DNA of 64,000 nucleotides from Klebsormidium nitens (GCA_000708835.1 DF237202.1:57540-121539); one strand, 5' to 3'; shown: positions 25,401 through 38,800, counted from the first letter of the stretch. Notes: generated from the letters alone by a model not told the origin. A program made the numbers and translations.

Positions 25401-27028
25401 GTCTGTTTCCTGGCCCTCTCTTGAAGCTCGAGATCCGAAACTCCTCTGACAAAAGCAGTTCTCCAAGATGTTCTTCGGTGGACCCTAGCTCCCAGCTCAA
25501 GTCCGCAAGATCTTTTTGTGGTTAGAAGTCAGAGTGCATCGATCTGGGGAGCCTTTCAACCTTCAAAAGAGCCAAGCTAGCACGGAAAACGCTCTAAAGC
25601 TCCAAATCTGCGAGGTTGATACGATTCTTCGTTTTGTCTACGAGGCTGGCTGCCTTTGCACAGGTTCAACAGATCTCCTTTAGCACACGAAGACCCTCTT
25701 CATCGTTTATTGTGAATTGAGGACGATGCATTACGATGCGGCTGCCTTTAATACCTGACCTCCAGGAAAGATAATCTCGACCCAAAGAGGAGTGCGCCAG
25801 CCAGTGGTTGCGAAGAAAGGTGCTTACTGTAGTACACGATGGGGGCTGCCTTTCCCAAATCTCTGAAAAGATGTTATCGACGGAAACAAAGCGCCCCAGG
25901 ACTCAGTAGATGCCAAGGTCCAATGGTGCTTACTGTTCTTTACGGGCGTTTCCTTTTTGAAATCTCCAGATGAGCTGCCTTTAGCACAATAGAAAGTCAG
26001 TGGTTGCGAAAATCGGACGGAGCTCACTGTAATACACGATGGGAGCTGCCGTCTGAAGCGTCCGGCCGTCCAAATGAACGGTGAGCGAGGTCCGGTAGCT
26101 GCTGCCGTCCAGCTTGGGGACAGGGCACGTGATAGACCCTACACACGTGGCGGAATTGTACGTTTAATCAACGGTGGGAATCAAAATTCCAACTTGGCTG
26201 GATTGTGATGACTGCTGCGATTCGGGGAGTAGAGAGTCAGGATCCGGTGGATCCGTCATTTAACAATCGACTGACCGCTTCTGTGGAGGAAATGTTTTAC
26301 ATAGATATCAGTATGTCCTTCAGCAACGTCGTGTACAGATCAGATCCGACCACGCGGACGCTTTTAGTGGCACTCTTATACGCTCACTTAATACTCGTCA
26401 GAACAGATTTGTCGAAGTCGCTCGAGTTGATTCTTCAAGAAATGTGATGGCTCGATTCGGGTCAAACTCTCCTTCGTCATTGCCAGGTTCGATGCCCCAG
26501 CTTAAGATCACTTTCATGCTGCTAACGCCTCCCTCAACAAACTTTCTCCGTGATGCAAAGACCCTTCTCAATATAATTGAAAGGCACTGCCTTCCTTTTG
26601 TTGACTGTACCCAGTTTCGGAAAGGATTCAGCACAACAACTTGACTACATTTTTCCTACAGCCTTTCAGGCGGACCGCGCAAAGGTATCTACAATGCAAC
26701 GAAATCGCGGGTGCTTTACTTTCCGCGCTCCAAATCCCCCACAATGTCTCTACAAATCTGACCAAGTTCATCAAGTTCCAGTCCGAAGACAGGATTACAG
26801 TATTTTTATCGCGGGCCATCTCTTACCTGACTCCCCCTCAGTCGGCCCCACGGTCTCAACACCATGCTCGAACTTGCACGTGGCCCTCAACCCACCGCTG
26901 CCCTTATAGCTTATGGTGGCAGTTCCGCCGGAGGATGGAAACATGCGCGGAGTGACTGTCTCACTCAGTGCTGGCGCGACAGATAGCATGAGAGCCAGGC
27001 ATAGCGAGAGGAGAGCATTCCTAGCCAT
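19421..27028 (-). CDS. Type I cell-surface protein: signal peptide, 2x IPT/TIG-like, Gly/Ser/Pro repeat, bacterial-surface-protein-like domain, TM helix, Pro-rich cytoplasmic tail (~1060 aa nominal, includes gap)
   Basis: Exons 27028-26827, 26138-26028, 24918-24809, 24205-22801, 22029-21129, 20435-20164 and 19614-19421 are phase-consistent. Signal [25 protein letters not shown]-like [15 protein letters not shown]...CKF...ITCPVP...LTVHLDG and [16 protein letters not shown]...FCSFDG...VTCQSP...[42 protein letters not shown]. Confidence 0.85.
23028..23410. other. Assembly gap (383 N) inside the low-complexity exon
   Basis: Run of N flanked on both sides by Gly/Pro-coding repeats. Confidence 1.
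23411..23770 (-). repeat. Coding tandem repeats: (Gly-X-Pro)n and a 33-nt [11 protein letters not shown] unit x3
   Basis: Translation [62 protein letters not shown]. Confidence 0.9.
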
Positions 27029-28385
27029 GCTGGCAGATTGAGCCTTGCTCCTGGTGGCTGTTCTGCTGGGAGGATGCATCAGTCTGCAGCAAAGAATGGG
27101 TAATCTAACGTCAGGACACAGTCACGACATTTGTAGGCAAGTACAGCAACTGCCGTATGACAGCCTATAGAGCAGGGGAGCAGACAAAATGCAGACAAAA
27201 TCTACAGATGTAACGCGAACCTTCATCGCTTCTGCAGAAATGAGTGTACAATATTATGACAGCCTTGGCTAGTATGGATCCGGAACCAAACAGGAAATGT
27301 CTTGAAGCAGAAAATCGAGGCGTTCCTCTTCCCAAGGGATCTAAGACATCCAGCAGATCTTGAAGCCAAAGTTTGCTGCCGCTTTTGCCTGTTTCAATCT
27401 TCTTTTGCATGCTTTCGATGACCCCGTGCACCGTCACCTTGCTTCCTTGTGAAGCTGAAGACTGCGGCACTGTCTGCTTGGGTTTGATTAAGACCTTAGC
27501 AAACCCTAAAGCTAAGTCAACGTGCTTTTAGACCATCAGAAAAAGTCCATGGGATAGAAGGACAGTCTTTGCCATACTAGATCAAACTCCTCTCGATCAA
27601 GAGAAAGTTACTCCTCAATGTCCCAAGAATCTGCCACAATTCTCACCTTCCGATGCTCCTTCCTCCTCCGAGTTCATTCAGCAGGGCGCTCTGTTTGATC
27701 GCCTCTTGTTCAGATATGAAGAGCCTGCTTTCAGCGTTACTACAACGCCATAGGAGAAAGGCCACCTTCAACCTTGAGCACCAAGCGCCTCAGTCGCGCC
27801 CTTCTCAGATTACTCTGAACCTTCTGCTTTGAACTGCGACCAGACCAAATTGATAGGCCAAGCTGATCAGGCTGATGCCTTCTTGAGCAGACTACGTAGA
27901 TCTATGCGTAAATCTGCAGGTCTCAGATTGCCACCAGGCTGCTCAAGCTGCTCAACCCTTCACCAGCTAGAGAATCTGAAAATACATACGTACCTAGTGC
28001 AATTTACCATTCGCTTGTTGTTTAGACTTAGGTACCTAGATGTAGAACGTTCAACATCTCGTGCCGTTCGTTCCATGTACCTACCTATGCCAAATGTGCA
28101 AGCGTACGGTTTGCGCGCGGTACTTATCCTACCTACGGTATTGTACCTATATTACACATGTCCAGGACGGTTCCAAATGAAAGTAACACTCAAAGAACGG
28201 TTGGTCAGCGAGTGCATCGGTGGCCGTCGATCTGATCCTGCAAGCGTACACTCCCGTCGACGCTAGCTGTAAACGGCAAGTGGCCCGGCCGTTTGCCACG
28301 GTTTGGGGTCCCGGGCAGAGCGCCGTTTGAATAGGAAGAATTGGGGGCAGGTTGAGGTGGGTTTCACAACCAAATATTCATTAAT

Positions 28386-29241
28386 ACTGGCGACATTTGT
28401 GTTCACTTATTAAAGTGGGCGTCGGATTTCAAAGCCGGGAAATGCACACTAGTGAGTCTGAGTCCTGAGGAGAGCCTCGAGAAGGCGAGCTCTGAGCCGT
28501 CCGATAGATTTAACTTGGACGATTAACCGTCCGATGCCCAGGTGCACTCGCGAGTGCAATTGGGCGTATGCACTCGCACTCACACTTTAAGCTTGTGTTC
28601 ACTGAGGTGTCCACCCGGGGCAAAAAATAAACTAACAAGATTACACGCTCCGCACCCGTACCCACCCTAACCCCCGAACCAACCCTACCCGTCCCCGGGA
28701 GCTGTACGTTCTTAAGTGAACACGGCGCTAAGTTAAAGTGGGCGTCGGGGTATAAAAGCGGTATTTTCAAGACAAAATCGGGACTCGGCCGAGTCGCCGT
28801 AGCTCCGAAGGAGGCTAGCGCGCTCGCCGTCCGAGGTCCTGGGTTCAAATCATAGAATTTCTACTTTGCCTCTTCTTTTTTGCCACATCTGGTTATTAAG
28901 GCATGCTTTTGGGGCCGTACCGGGCACCTGATATGACCCGAGACAGGCCATCTGGCGATCTGGAATTGACCATACTTAATTCGGGCTGATCGAACGGTGG
29001 ATTCTATGTCTAACACGAGTCTACCTGGCAAGTATGCCTTGACGTCATGCAACTTCGGCGGTACCTCTAAGCCTAAAAGTACCGTAACAATGCACCGCGG
29101 TACGCTGACGAAAATCTGATGTCACTAGCAATCGCTACCGTTCCGATCGATGGCGCACCGATCGAGCCGATGGAATCCTCAGCGTCCGATCAAAATGGGA
29201 CCCGCGGGTCCCACGCCCACTTTAACACAAATGTCGCCAGT
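28386..29241. mobile_element. TIR-bounded non-coding element (~855 bp) with a nested smaller IR unit (28595-28723)
   Basis: ACTGGCGACATTTGTGTT at 28386 and its exact reverse complement ending at 29241, each followed inward by AAAGTGGGCGT. The inner unit is bounded by GTGTTCACT/AGTGAACAC. TSD not clean (TA/TT). Confidence 0.6.
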
Positions 29242-29778
29242 TTTATTCATTAGCTTTTCTTAACCCTCCGACCCCTCAGACAAACCGACGGCCACATCGA
29301 GCTCCGGATATCCAGAGTATGCCATCCCGACCGTCCAGTCAAGCAAGTTTTCATCTGACGGTGCGGATCATGGTTCACCAAGTTTCAGTGGTGATGGTTT
29401 GGTCCCCTGACAGGCTGACCGTCACCACCCGGGTCACTTGTTGAGGTCACATTTGCGCCCCCAGGATCCTACCTGGCCCATACACAGGTATCTTGTGTTT
29501 TGAGCTGGATTTTAGATACGGTAGGATAGTGTCTGGCTACACTAACGGTGCACTAACGGAGCTTAAGTTCACTGCTGACCCCGCTTCTCGAGGCCCATTC
29601 AGCCGTCGGATGGCGGTTGATCGGTCACGATTCTATCTGTTAGATAGCCCTTTCACTACTATTGTTTGCTGTATCCGATCCGCCCTCTTGAATTTTCGGC
29701 AATGCCGGCAAACGCCATCAGGCCTTGTAATAATTGCCCCTGTTCGTCCTCTCCCGTTTCCGCCTCCACATACCGGTA

Positions 29779-29960
29779 ACTCTGGTGTGACCTAACGGGC
29801 GTGTGACCTAAGATACAAGTTACCCGGGCACTTCAAACTAGAACACCTAACCCAAATAATCACCCGCTCCGCACCCCAACCCACCCTAACCACCATACCA
29901 ACCCCACCCGTCCCCCGGGTGCCTATCTTAGGTCACACGGCTCTTAGGTCACACGAGAGT
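29779..29960. mobile_element. Tc1/mariner (Stowaway)-type MITE, 182 bp
   Basis: ~37-bp imperfect TIRs, each containing two GTGTGACCTAA(G) copies. Flanked by TA on both sides (29777-78, 29961-62). Confidence 0.8.
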
Positions 29961-31721
29961 TATCGAAGTCGCCTCCACAGACCGTTGCCGAAATCACCGA
30001 GAGTTGTTGAATCCGGTTTATACATGACTCCATAGTCGCAGAACTTGGAAAATACTCACCAATCCGAGTTATTGTATGTTGGCTTCAAGTTCTCCAAGTT
30101 CCCACGTCCCGAGTCGGCCCCGGTGACTCATTGCAGTTCTTCGCACCAAAAATATGCCCGGTTGAGAATACCGCCCAGCCGCACCGTGACCGTCCGTTCG
30201 CGGACTCAATTCCGCCCGGGCTCCGCGCGGTAGTACGGGCATGGAACCAGTACGGTACACCAACAAACGGGCATTGACTGCATTGCCATTTTTCGCGATT
30301 GATAAATCGCCCCCAAAACTTGTCATTGATTCAACATAATCCGCAGAATCCTTCTTTTCTCGTCGCCGGTAATGATACTTGATCTCTCGGGGAGCGACTT
30401 GGGCTCATTTTCACAGGCTAGGCGCTGACCGGTAGACATCCAGAAGGGATGAACGGAGCTCGATCCGACGCGATCTCTGGCGCGGTGTGGACAACTTGGA
30501 ACCGGCCCGGGATGAACGTCAGAGTACGTAGGCCGTACGTGTCCGTGCATGGCGCACGTTGACGCTGTAGGTCTTTCTGGGGTAGGTGTATCCAGTCACG
30601 AGACGCACCTACGAATTGGATTCAAAGTTGAGAAAGTCGGACGGTGCCAACGTGCCTACTGCCACTGGTCGAACAGCAACAACGTCAGACTCTGGATCAA
30701 ATATTATGTGGTGAGACCCGGCACCCTTTCAGCGACTGAGAAGCGCTCAATCTGCCTACAGGTAGTCGCTGCAATGAGGGAGTGCTATAGGCTTTTCAGC
30801 GACGTAGAACTCCACAATTAATGAGGCTATTGAAACGCCGCAGAACGTACTTGCGCTAAAAGCACACTGACGCGACTCATGCATGCAGCGCCAAAACGAA
30901 ACCGTCAGTACCTATCGTGTTGTTTGAGGTATGTACCATAGCACGTACGCTGAAAGCACACTGAAAATTACGGTGCCTCAATAGGTACCGGTACCTAGAA
31001 TTTAGCAATTTAGAAATTAGCACCGCGACCGAAAATAGGTATAGCTCGATTGTTGAAGGTAAGAACCCGGGGGACGGGTAGGGTTTTTGGGAGGTTCGGG
31101 TATACCCAGTATTCGCTATGGGGGGCGCAATGTTATTGATGGCCGGGCTGATGGCCGCCCCCAGTGGCAAAACTGCTCCTCATATGTGGAGGGAGCTGGA
31201 CTTATATAGGTATGCACTCGCGCCTCGACGGCAATACGGTGACTACTAGACATCCCACAACCAACTACGGTACCTACCGTCCTCTTTGGTACTAGGTATT
31301 GTAGGGCGTGATCATTGCCGATCGGTACGACCAGCCGGCATCCCCCCGGGCTCTAGTGACTAGGCCTTGATAGTCTGGAGGCTGGTATGTGAACTGCACT
31401 GGCTAGTCTCGGCGCAGCCCCGGGGAGTGTACTCTCATATTGTAGGTACACAAGTACAGGGGCAGCTTTAAGGTACCGTCGGTAGCGATCAAGAAACCTC
31501 AAGTCCGACAAGTTACCTTGCTCAGACACCGTGACTGGCGCCAGCCCACGTCATTCACAGCACGCACTGCTTGCGTAAGAAGGCGACTTCCCCGGGCAGA
31601 TTGTTGCCACTCGCGGAAGTTCAAAGGAGTTTAGCGCCGTTCGATTAAGAATGTCAAATATTTTAGCGGCTCCTGTTCTTTGGTCAGGGGTCGAGATCCC
31701 GGTCGGACTTCGAAGGGATGC

Positions 31722-31770
31722 GACCGCATCTGACCGCATCTGACCGCATCTGACCACATCCGACGCATCC
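31722..31770. repeat. Tandem 10-mer (GACCGCATCT) x3 plus degenerate copies
   Basis: gaccgcatct gaccgcatct gaccgcatct gaccacatcc gacgcatcc. Confidence 0.9.
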
Positions 31771-31830
31771 TAGTTCGATTTTGACTTACTACCGGTACAA
31801 GAAAAAGATCTTCGAAGATTTTCTGAAGCG

Positions 31831-34670
31831 ATGGAGCCTTGTGATGCTCCGCGGCTCATGCCTCGTGCAAGCCTAGGAGGAAGTACGCCCGCGGCTGTGG
31901 CGTCTGGTCTCTGGTCATGTGAGGTCCTTGCCAAATCCGGGGCTGCCAACTGGTCGCCAGTTCACCGCTCTGGCCATCCTGCAAGTTGCTTGCGGCTTGC
32001 GCTGCCTTTCACCGTCAGGGTGCAGACTCACAACTCCAAACAGGTCTCACATTATGAAGTTCCAGCCTGCCCTGATCAAGGCCTGATGCCTGATTCTGGT
32101 TGCGAATGGTAAGACTTTTTTCCTGTAGGTGGAAGTTCGTGTATACCAGCTAGAATGCTGCCATGCAGTTGGTAGAAATTTACAATAGTTGATCTCTGAA
32201 GGTGAGGGATTCGAGTAGGGCTGAGGATTGCATCTTTGGCCTGCGCAACGTCCTACAATTGACTTGTTGAAGGACGCAGGTCTGGTGGTGCTGTCTTCTG
32301 TGTGACCGGCAGCTGTTCCCAGACAATCCACTTGTCCTGTCTCTTTTGGCCCTCACAGCAACATTCTCATGTAGCATCATTGGTTGGGCTGATTGAAGCA
32401 GGCGGATGTCAGCTGGCCTTGACATCCTGCTGAGACCGACACCATCAAAAGTGGTTACGGTGGAAGCTTCTCAATAGCATCTGCACAAGGATCGCCACCG
32501 ATCCGGAGGAAGTTTTGAGCATCGTCATTCAGGGCTACATGTGCAAGGTGGGTGGAAACCTTTCCTACTGTTAGAATAGTGATCACTTTGCCCCTTCGCT
32601 CTGGCTGCCAAATATGGCTTAGTAGCCAGCAACCAGCGACTCATTCATCTACCTTGGTTGTCTTGTTGTCTTTTTGGGATCTTCAGGTACACCTGGACCA
32701 ATTGATGTGAACATGGCTTCAAATTTTCGGAAACAGTGCTTCAAAACTTAAAGAGCCTGTTCTGAGAACGGCGCCCATGTTCGTAGTTCGCCCATGGGCC
32801 GGGCTTGTGCGATTCTCCTCATGCACCCTTCTGGAAGATGCTGTACTTGGACTGGTGAGGTTATGGAAGATTCACTGGGATCAGCTAGTAAGTTTTGTGC
32901 GAGGTCGTATCTTTGGCAATTGGTAGCTTGGCTTGGTCAGAGATGATTTGAAACAAGTACTCTGTTCTGGTAATCTACAGGCTCGCCAGACGACTGTGAC
33001 ATAATACGTTGCGGGATGCTGGTGGTGGAGCGCATCGTGTTTTCCTGGGTGAGGTCTATTGCCTACGCCCTTGGTTGTGCATGGCAGTCGCTGAGGAAGC
33101 AATACACCTTGTATCTTTCAGTGGATCACAAGTCCTGAAAGAGAAGGACTTCGGAACAAGCAGTTGATTAGTGACAGCCTTCTGAATGAGCCGTTGATCG
33201 GTGACAGCCTTCTGATCTGCCACCTTCAAAGGTTTGTCACCTCCATAAAGACGGTGCTTGTGATGTGCACAGTAAGTTCCAATCTATCAATCACGACAAG
33301 TCTAGATGATCAACAATGGGTGTACCACTACTCCCTTAGCTGACCTGAATTCATGAATCTATCGATCGGTTAGTTGTCGAAGGAACCTTTAGTGACAGCA
33401 GCTTTGCCTTATGCTCTCGGGTGGTTTTATGCTTGGGGCTTGAGTGGGTTTTTAAGAAAATGTCGATGGCACCTGTAGATTGAAGATCAGCCACTGGCTT
33501 GAGCTGAGCTTCCCCTTGAATCAGTTGCGTGCGGCACCTGAGGGGACTGCATGTGTATCTGATTGAAGTTCTCAGATGGAGACTTCGAAGATTGCTTGAC
33601 AAGCTCCTTTTGTGAGCTTGTGGTAGCCACAGGAGTGAGCGGAAAGTTGAGCTGCAGATCTGCATCGAAATTCAAAGGCCTTTTGCCCCCAACTTCCACA
33701 TGCATGAGTTGTAAATGGTTTCAACATGACTAGGTTAGTGTTGAGCTTCTATCTAAGTAAGCATGGTCACCAGCACACTCCTTCTGTGGTGATACCTTTT
33801 CACATAAAGGGGGTCAGAAGGTGCGAACGGGGTGTGCTCGACCAGTCAAATTTTGAAGCCGGTGGGCAGGGCTGTACTTGCTACTAATCTCATGTTATGG
33901 ACGTTTTCCGATCACTACACCCTTTGGCCGTTGTGGTATTCTGTGGTTGCCACAATCCATACAAATATGGACATTTTTAAGCTGGGAGTAGCAAGATGCT
34001 CAAAGTATGTCCATCATTGTTGCAGGTGAGGCTCCTTTGCTAGAAGCTTGCAGGCGTGCAGTCTTCTCCAAGACGATGGGTGCTGAAAAGTTGCAGGATA
34101 TGCAGCACCGACGCACTCACGCTGCCCGTATGCAGCGGAGTGGCTGTGTGACTATGCAAATGATTCAGGTGGGTCGTATTTCTCCTACCAGAGGTATCTT
34201 GGATGAAGAACTAAGGGATTTTGTGGGCCATGTTAATGGACAAAACGGAATGGTCGATCTCTGCTAAGAAGCGAATGGACAAGCACTTGACTTGATTCCT
34301 GGGTTTCATTAACGAATACTTTTTTTGCAGGTTCTCCAATTTACCACTAGCGCACAAGTTTGTATATTAGCCTAGGGACAAGTGCTTTGATCTTTCTAGG
34401 GGGCGTGACTGTCTGACACGAGGCACTTGCTACTTTTTGTGCTTCTCCTGGAAGTCTTCGGTCAGGCCACAAGAATAACTGGCACACTGGCCAACAGTGC
34501 TCGTTCCAAGGGGAACGAGTGCCTTTGACCATTGTTTCAGGTTTGCTTGTGGCCTGGCCCTGGCCTTCCAGGCGGGGCATGGCAAGCAACAAGTGCCTCG
34601 TCCCAGGCAGTCAGGCACTGTGGAAGAGCAGAAGGTTTTGGTGGTAACCAACAGTGATGATTTGTTCAAG
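31831..34670 (+). pseudogene. Possible intron-rich gene or decayed gene of unknown function
   Basis: Several exon-like blocks with splice signals (WLRWKLLNSICTRIATDPEEVLSIVIQGYMCK|gtgggt; GSPDDCDIIRCGMLVVERIVFSW|gtgagg; GEAPLLEACRRAVFSK...MQMIQ|gtgggt). I could not join them into one stop-free frame. Confidence 0.3.
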
Positions 34671-35831
34671 TGAATGGTAATTGAACTTTGGAAACGGTCA
34701 CTCAAAAGAAGGCTGTGCGATTTTTACCCCAATCAATTAGCTACAACTTAAACGCACTTGGGAATCAGATGTGAGGCTGATATACACGTATCTTAGCTAT
34801 CATGTCGGCTCTTTATCATACTTCAAAAGATTACGATGTTGCAGCTCGATCTAGAATGCGTTGCATCGTGGTTGGGTATCATGGATCCATAAGAATGGTT
34901 GTGCAATGTCGCTCATGTACATAGTTGATTGTCAGTTCGTTGCGCGTCACTGACCTATGAGTCTAAGTTTAGACAATTGCGGTATACATCATGACGGTTC
35001 CATCTTACAATCGATTGCATGCATGAGGCTTTGATCGCAAACCGATGGAATATGCAGTGCATGCACATGGAGTGTGCAAATGTGAAACGGTCAAAAGATG
35101 CGATTGAGTTAGCTGCATATCTTGTATAAGTACAAAATCAGCGGCCATGCATGGCCTGCTCCGGCGCCCCGATAAGTTGAAGCTTGATCGGCTACTATCA
35201 GACACAAATAATAGAAGCTCACGATCGGATTCGAATAATGCGATCGCGAATCACACAATCACTAACTTGATCTTGTAGCTCCTAATATCGAGCTAGTCAT
35301 ATGTAGTCTCATATACCGGATCATAAATTTAGTACGTGACTTCACAGTCTAGCTGGTCGCGATGCCGGGTACTCATTTATACGCTACATCTTGGTGCTGC
35401 CAGACGGTCCAATCTAGGTACGTCGTGTGACGCACACATGCATCACATACGCCATCAGTATAATTGACAATGCCTAAGTACTCTAAAAAAGGTCTCCCAA
35501 TCATTGGAAGCGCACAACTTCCAATGCCTCCTTTTTGACATGCTGAATCTATCCAGCTCACGAGCATCTATTGTGATGCCAATGGACTCTAGCTAGAACA
35601 TTCGACGGAATATGCGAGTAGATCCCAAGTTCGCCCATTGGCCCCTGTCATCTCAAACGAGCCCCGAGAATCCAGCGAAATTTCAAGACCCGCTTTTCCA
35701 TCCCTAACTACCTCGTGGACCCAATTTTACATCATGCTACATCTGCCGTCAGGACTGTCCAACCAAAGAGCACCACAACCACACGATTGAAAAATCCACG
35801 GTGCATCCGACCCCCGATCTACTCCCCGACC

Positions 35832-38800
35832 TCATGACGTCACCACAGACGCGCGCCCCGCCCTCAGTTGCAGTCGTTCCACCTCGTTCAGCACTCGGGG
35901 GAACTCCAGGAACAACCGGGAGTCTCTCCCGAGCAGTCCGCTCCGCCCCCCCGCGCTGTCCTTCGGCTGCCGGTTGTTCCCCGTCAGGTTGTTGCACGGG
36001 CTTCCCCCGGCCACCAGATCGAACGGCCCCTCCGCGATTAGCTCCGCGATTCTCGGGGTCGTGAGCTGCTTGATGTCTGTGACGAACGAGAGTTCCCCGG
36101 AGTTTCCCAGATTATGGACGCGCCACCAATGGTCTACAACGGTTCGGCAGTGCTCGTCGATCTCGACGCTGATGTAGCGCTTGATGGTGACGCCGAGGCG
36201 CCAGAGCGCGACGCCGAGGCCCGAGATTCCGTCGAAGAGCGACAGGACGGAGATTCCGCCCGGGATGGAACGGAAGTAGGGCACCAGCGGCGAGAGAAGG
36301 CGAGCGATTGTGTCGACCTGCAAGAGTGCGGGTGCTCAATTTGTAGTAGATTCTTTCCCGGCTGGAGACCTCCGGTTGCAAGATAGCCCGGGATAGGGGG
36401 TCAAACACTTCGCTTGCGAACCGCTCTACCTTGTTGCAAGTGACTAAAGCGAGCAGGACTTTCATGTTATGAGTCAGATGGCGCCGATGATCCGCACCTG
36501 ACATAACAATGTCCTTCGTATCTCCATCACGTGCTTCGCTTCTGATTAAAAGTCCAGGTTCAATAGATAATCCACCTGGGCCAAATTTTAAGAACGCGGC
36601 AGCGACACTTTCGCTCGCGACCTGGATTTCCGGCCTTTTGTATTGGAGCAATCAGAGGCACCCACTCTTGGTGCAATTCGAAACTTGACGAACTATCTGG
36701 CTAGGAGAGACGAAGAGTAACATAATCTGAAGACCCTAACTTCTCAGTCCTGAGGTTTTCGGGCTAACTGAAATCCTGAAATTTTCTAAGGTCCCAAAAC
36801 ACAGCACTACATTCAAGCACATAGAAAACCTAACTGGAACGGAATAGTACCAGAACGGAATCTACCCGCTGGCAGGATCTGCCCCGAGTCTCAATGGGAT
36901 CCCTGATACAAGCCAACAAACTGAAGTTGCAAACTTTTGAGCAGAGCAAAGAATGAAAGAGCACGAAATTACCCGGACAAGTTGCCTAGGAGCTCGAACA
37001 GAAAGCGGCTCCAAGAAGCCCCCACCCGGGTGGATACCAGAACCGTACGGCTTTGCTGCCCAAGGTTTTTCAAAAGTCAAGGGCCACTTTGTGAATTTCG
37101 AAGTTCTTGACAAAAGCGATCCGCCAGGAGTTCAAAGACCCGGCTCCGAGGAAAAGCCGCACTCGGGTGTCGTACCAAAACTGTAACAATTGCTGGCCTA
37201 GGGTGCCCACATTCTCGAAAGGTTTACGCGCCAACATCCTCAAACCCTGTACACCTTGACAAAGGTAGCTCAGAACACGTGCCGGGAACGAGTGCCGAGG
37301 AGCTCGGAGACCCGGCTCCAAAGGGATGCCGTTCTCGTCTGCGCTACAAGAACGTGCAGACCTGTCGTTCCGAGACCCGCCCACGATGTCGAAGCCAGAC
37401 AAGCGCCCTATTTTCCCAAGAATCGGACGCTTTAACACACAGAAACCCAACACAAGACAAGCTTGCCTGGAACGAGTTGCCGAGAAGCTCGAAGACTTTG
37501 CTCCGAGGGATGCCGCACTGTCGTGCTACCACAAACTCGCAGATCTGCTGGCAGGCAACTCCCCAAATCTCCACAAGGTCAAGCGTAAACGTCTTGAACC
37601 ATGAACTTACTGACAGGCAACGCCCAAAACACGTACCTGGAACGAGTTGCCGAGCAGCTCGAAGACTTTGCTCCGGGGGATCCCGCAGCGAGTGTGGCCC
37701 CTTGGGAACCCCATGATTGTCTCCACTTCCTCCTCTCGAATATTCGCCACGCTGGTGGGGCTTGTGAAGATGAGGTTGTACGACCTGCAGTTGCGCAAAT
37801 GACTTGCTTCATGGATTTTGAAATGTTCGGTCTCATGGTGTTTGAGCGTGCTAGGGGGGTTTGACACCTCGGAAAACAACGAAAGCTATCAAGGGTAACA
37901 CCGATCGAACTCGAATTGAATCAAAATGGATGCAGAACTGTTGCGGGGACCCAAACGATTGCCAATACCACTGAATACACGGACTCAGTCGATGTGCTAG
38001 CGGTTTCTGAGATCTTGACCGGTTTTCAAGGCCGAGCTTTTGAAAAGCACACCGACGTGCATATCGCCTAGTCAGACACTTGGTGACGTCGGATCAAAGG
38101 GCTCCACGTCAATTGGTGAAGCTGGGCGAGGCCACCACGAGCTAAATCCGCCGACTCTGCCTCGAAACCCTCTATTCAAAACCAAGCGTGTTACAAACAC
38201 GACAATGCAGATTCTGGCAGCAAACCCTGCTTCGTTGTCGAGCTACGTTCCGACGCACCTGATCAACGCCCTCCGCTTTGTGTTCAGCGATGGGTTCATC
38301 GCCCCCCCCGGCTGCCGCAGTATCTTGTTCAGTACGCCGATCATATTGGGGTGCAGCTCCTTGGTGTTTATCATGTTGAGCTTGTCGGTCGTTTTGCGAC
38401 GGTCCCACTCCGGGAAGTTGGCGGCATACTGGGGCCACACTTCGGAGATGCGCAGCGGAGCCAGGGGTTCGAGAGTGGTCCGGCCGGCGCGGGGAATGTT
38501 GTGAGGGTACCTGGGTTAAGGAGGGGTTAGGACGGGTTAGTGGAAGGCCTGCTTGTGAGAAGTGGCTTAGTGGGAAGTGAATTAGGGGACGGTCAAGGAC
38601 GATTCGAAGGGAGCCTTGGGAGGACTGGTTCATTCACTGAGACCATTTGAAAATGGCATTGGGAGGAGGGTTTCTGGAGGACTGTTGAAAGGCAGTTGTG
38701 GCTACATGATCTGACGAAAATCATCAGATCGGAGTCAAGTTGTCCCAGACGAAAACCGAGTGTGCTCAAATCATTGCAAGAACATCTCAGATCCGCTGAA

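Noticed and set aside
36960-37680. CRISPR-like repeat-spacer array
   Set aside because: The repeats are diverged copies of an exon end in a eukaryotic intron; there are no constant repeats and no cas genes.
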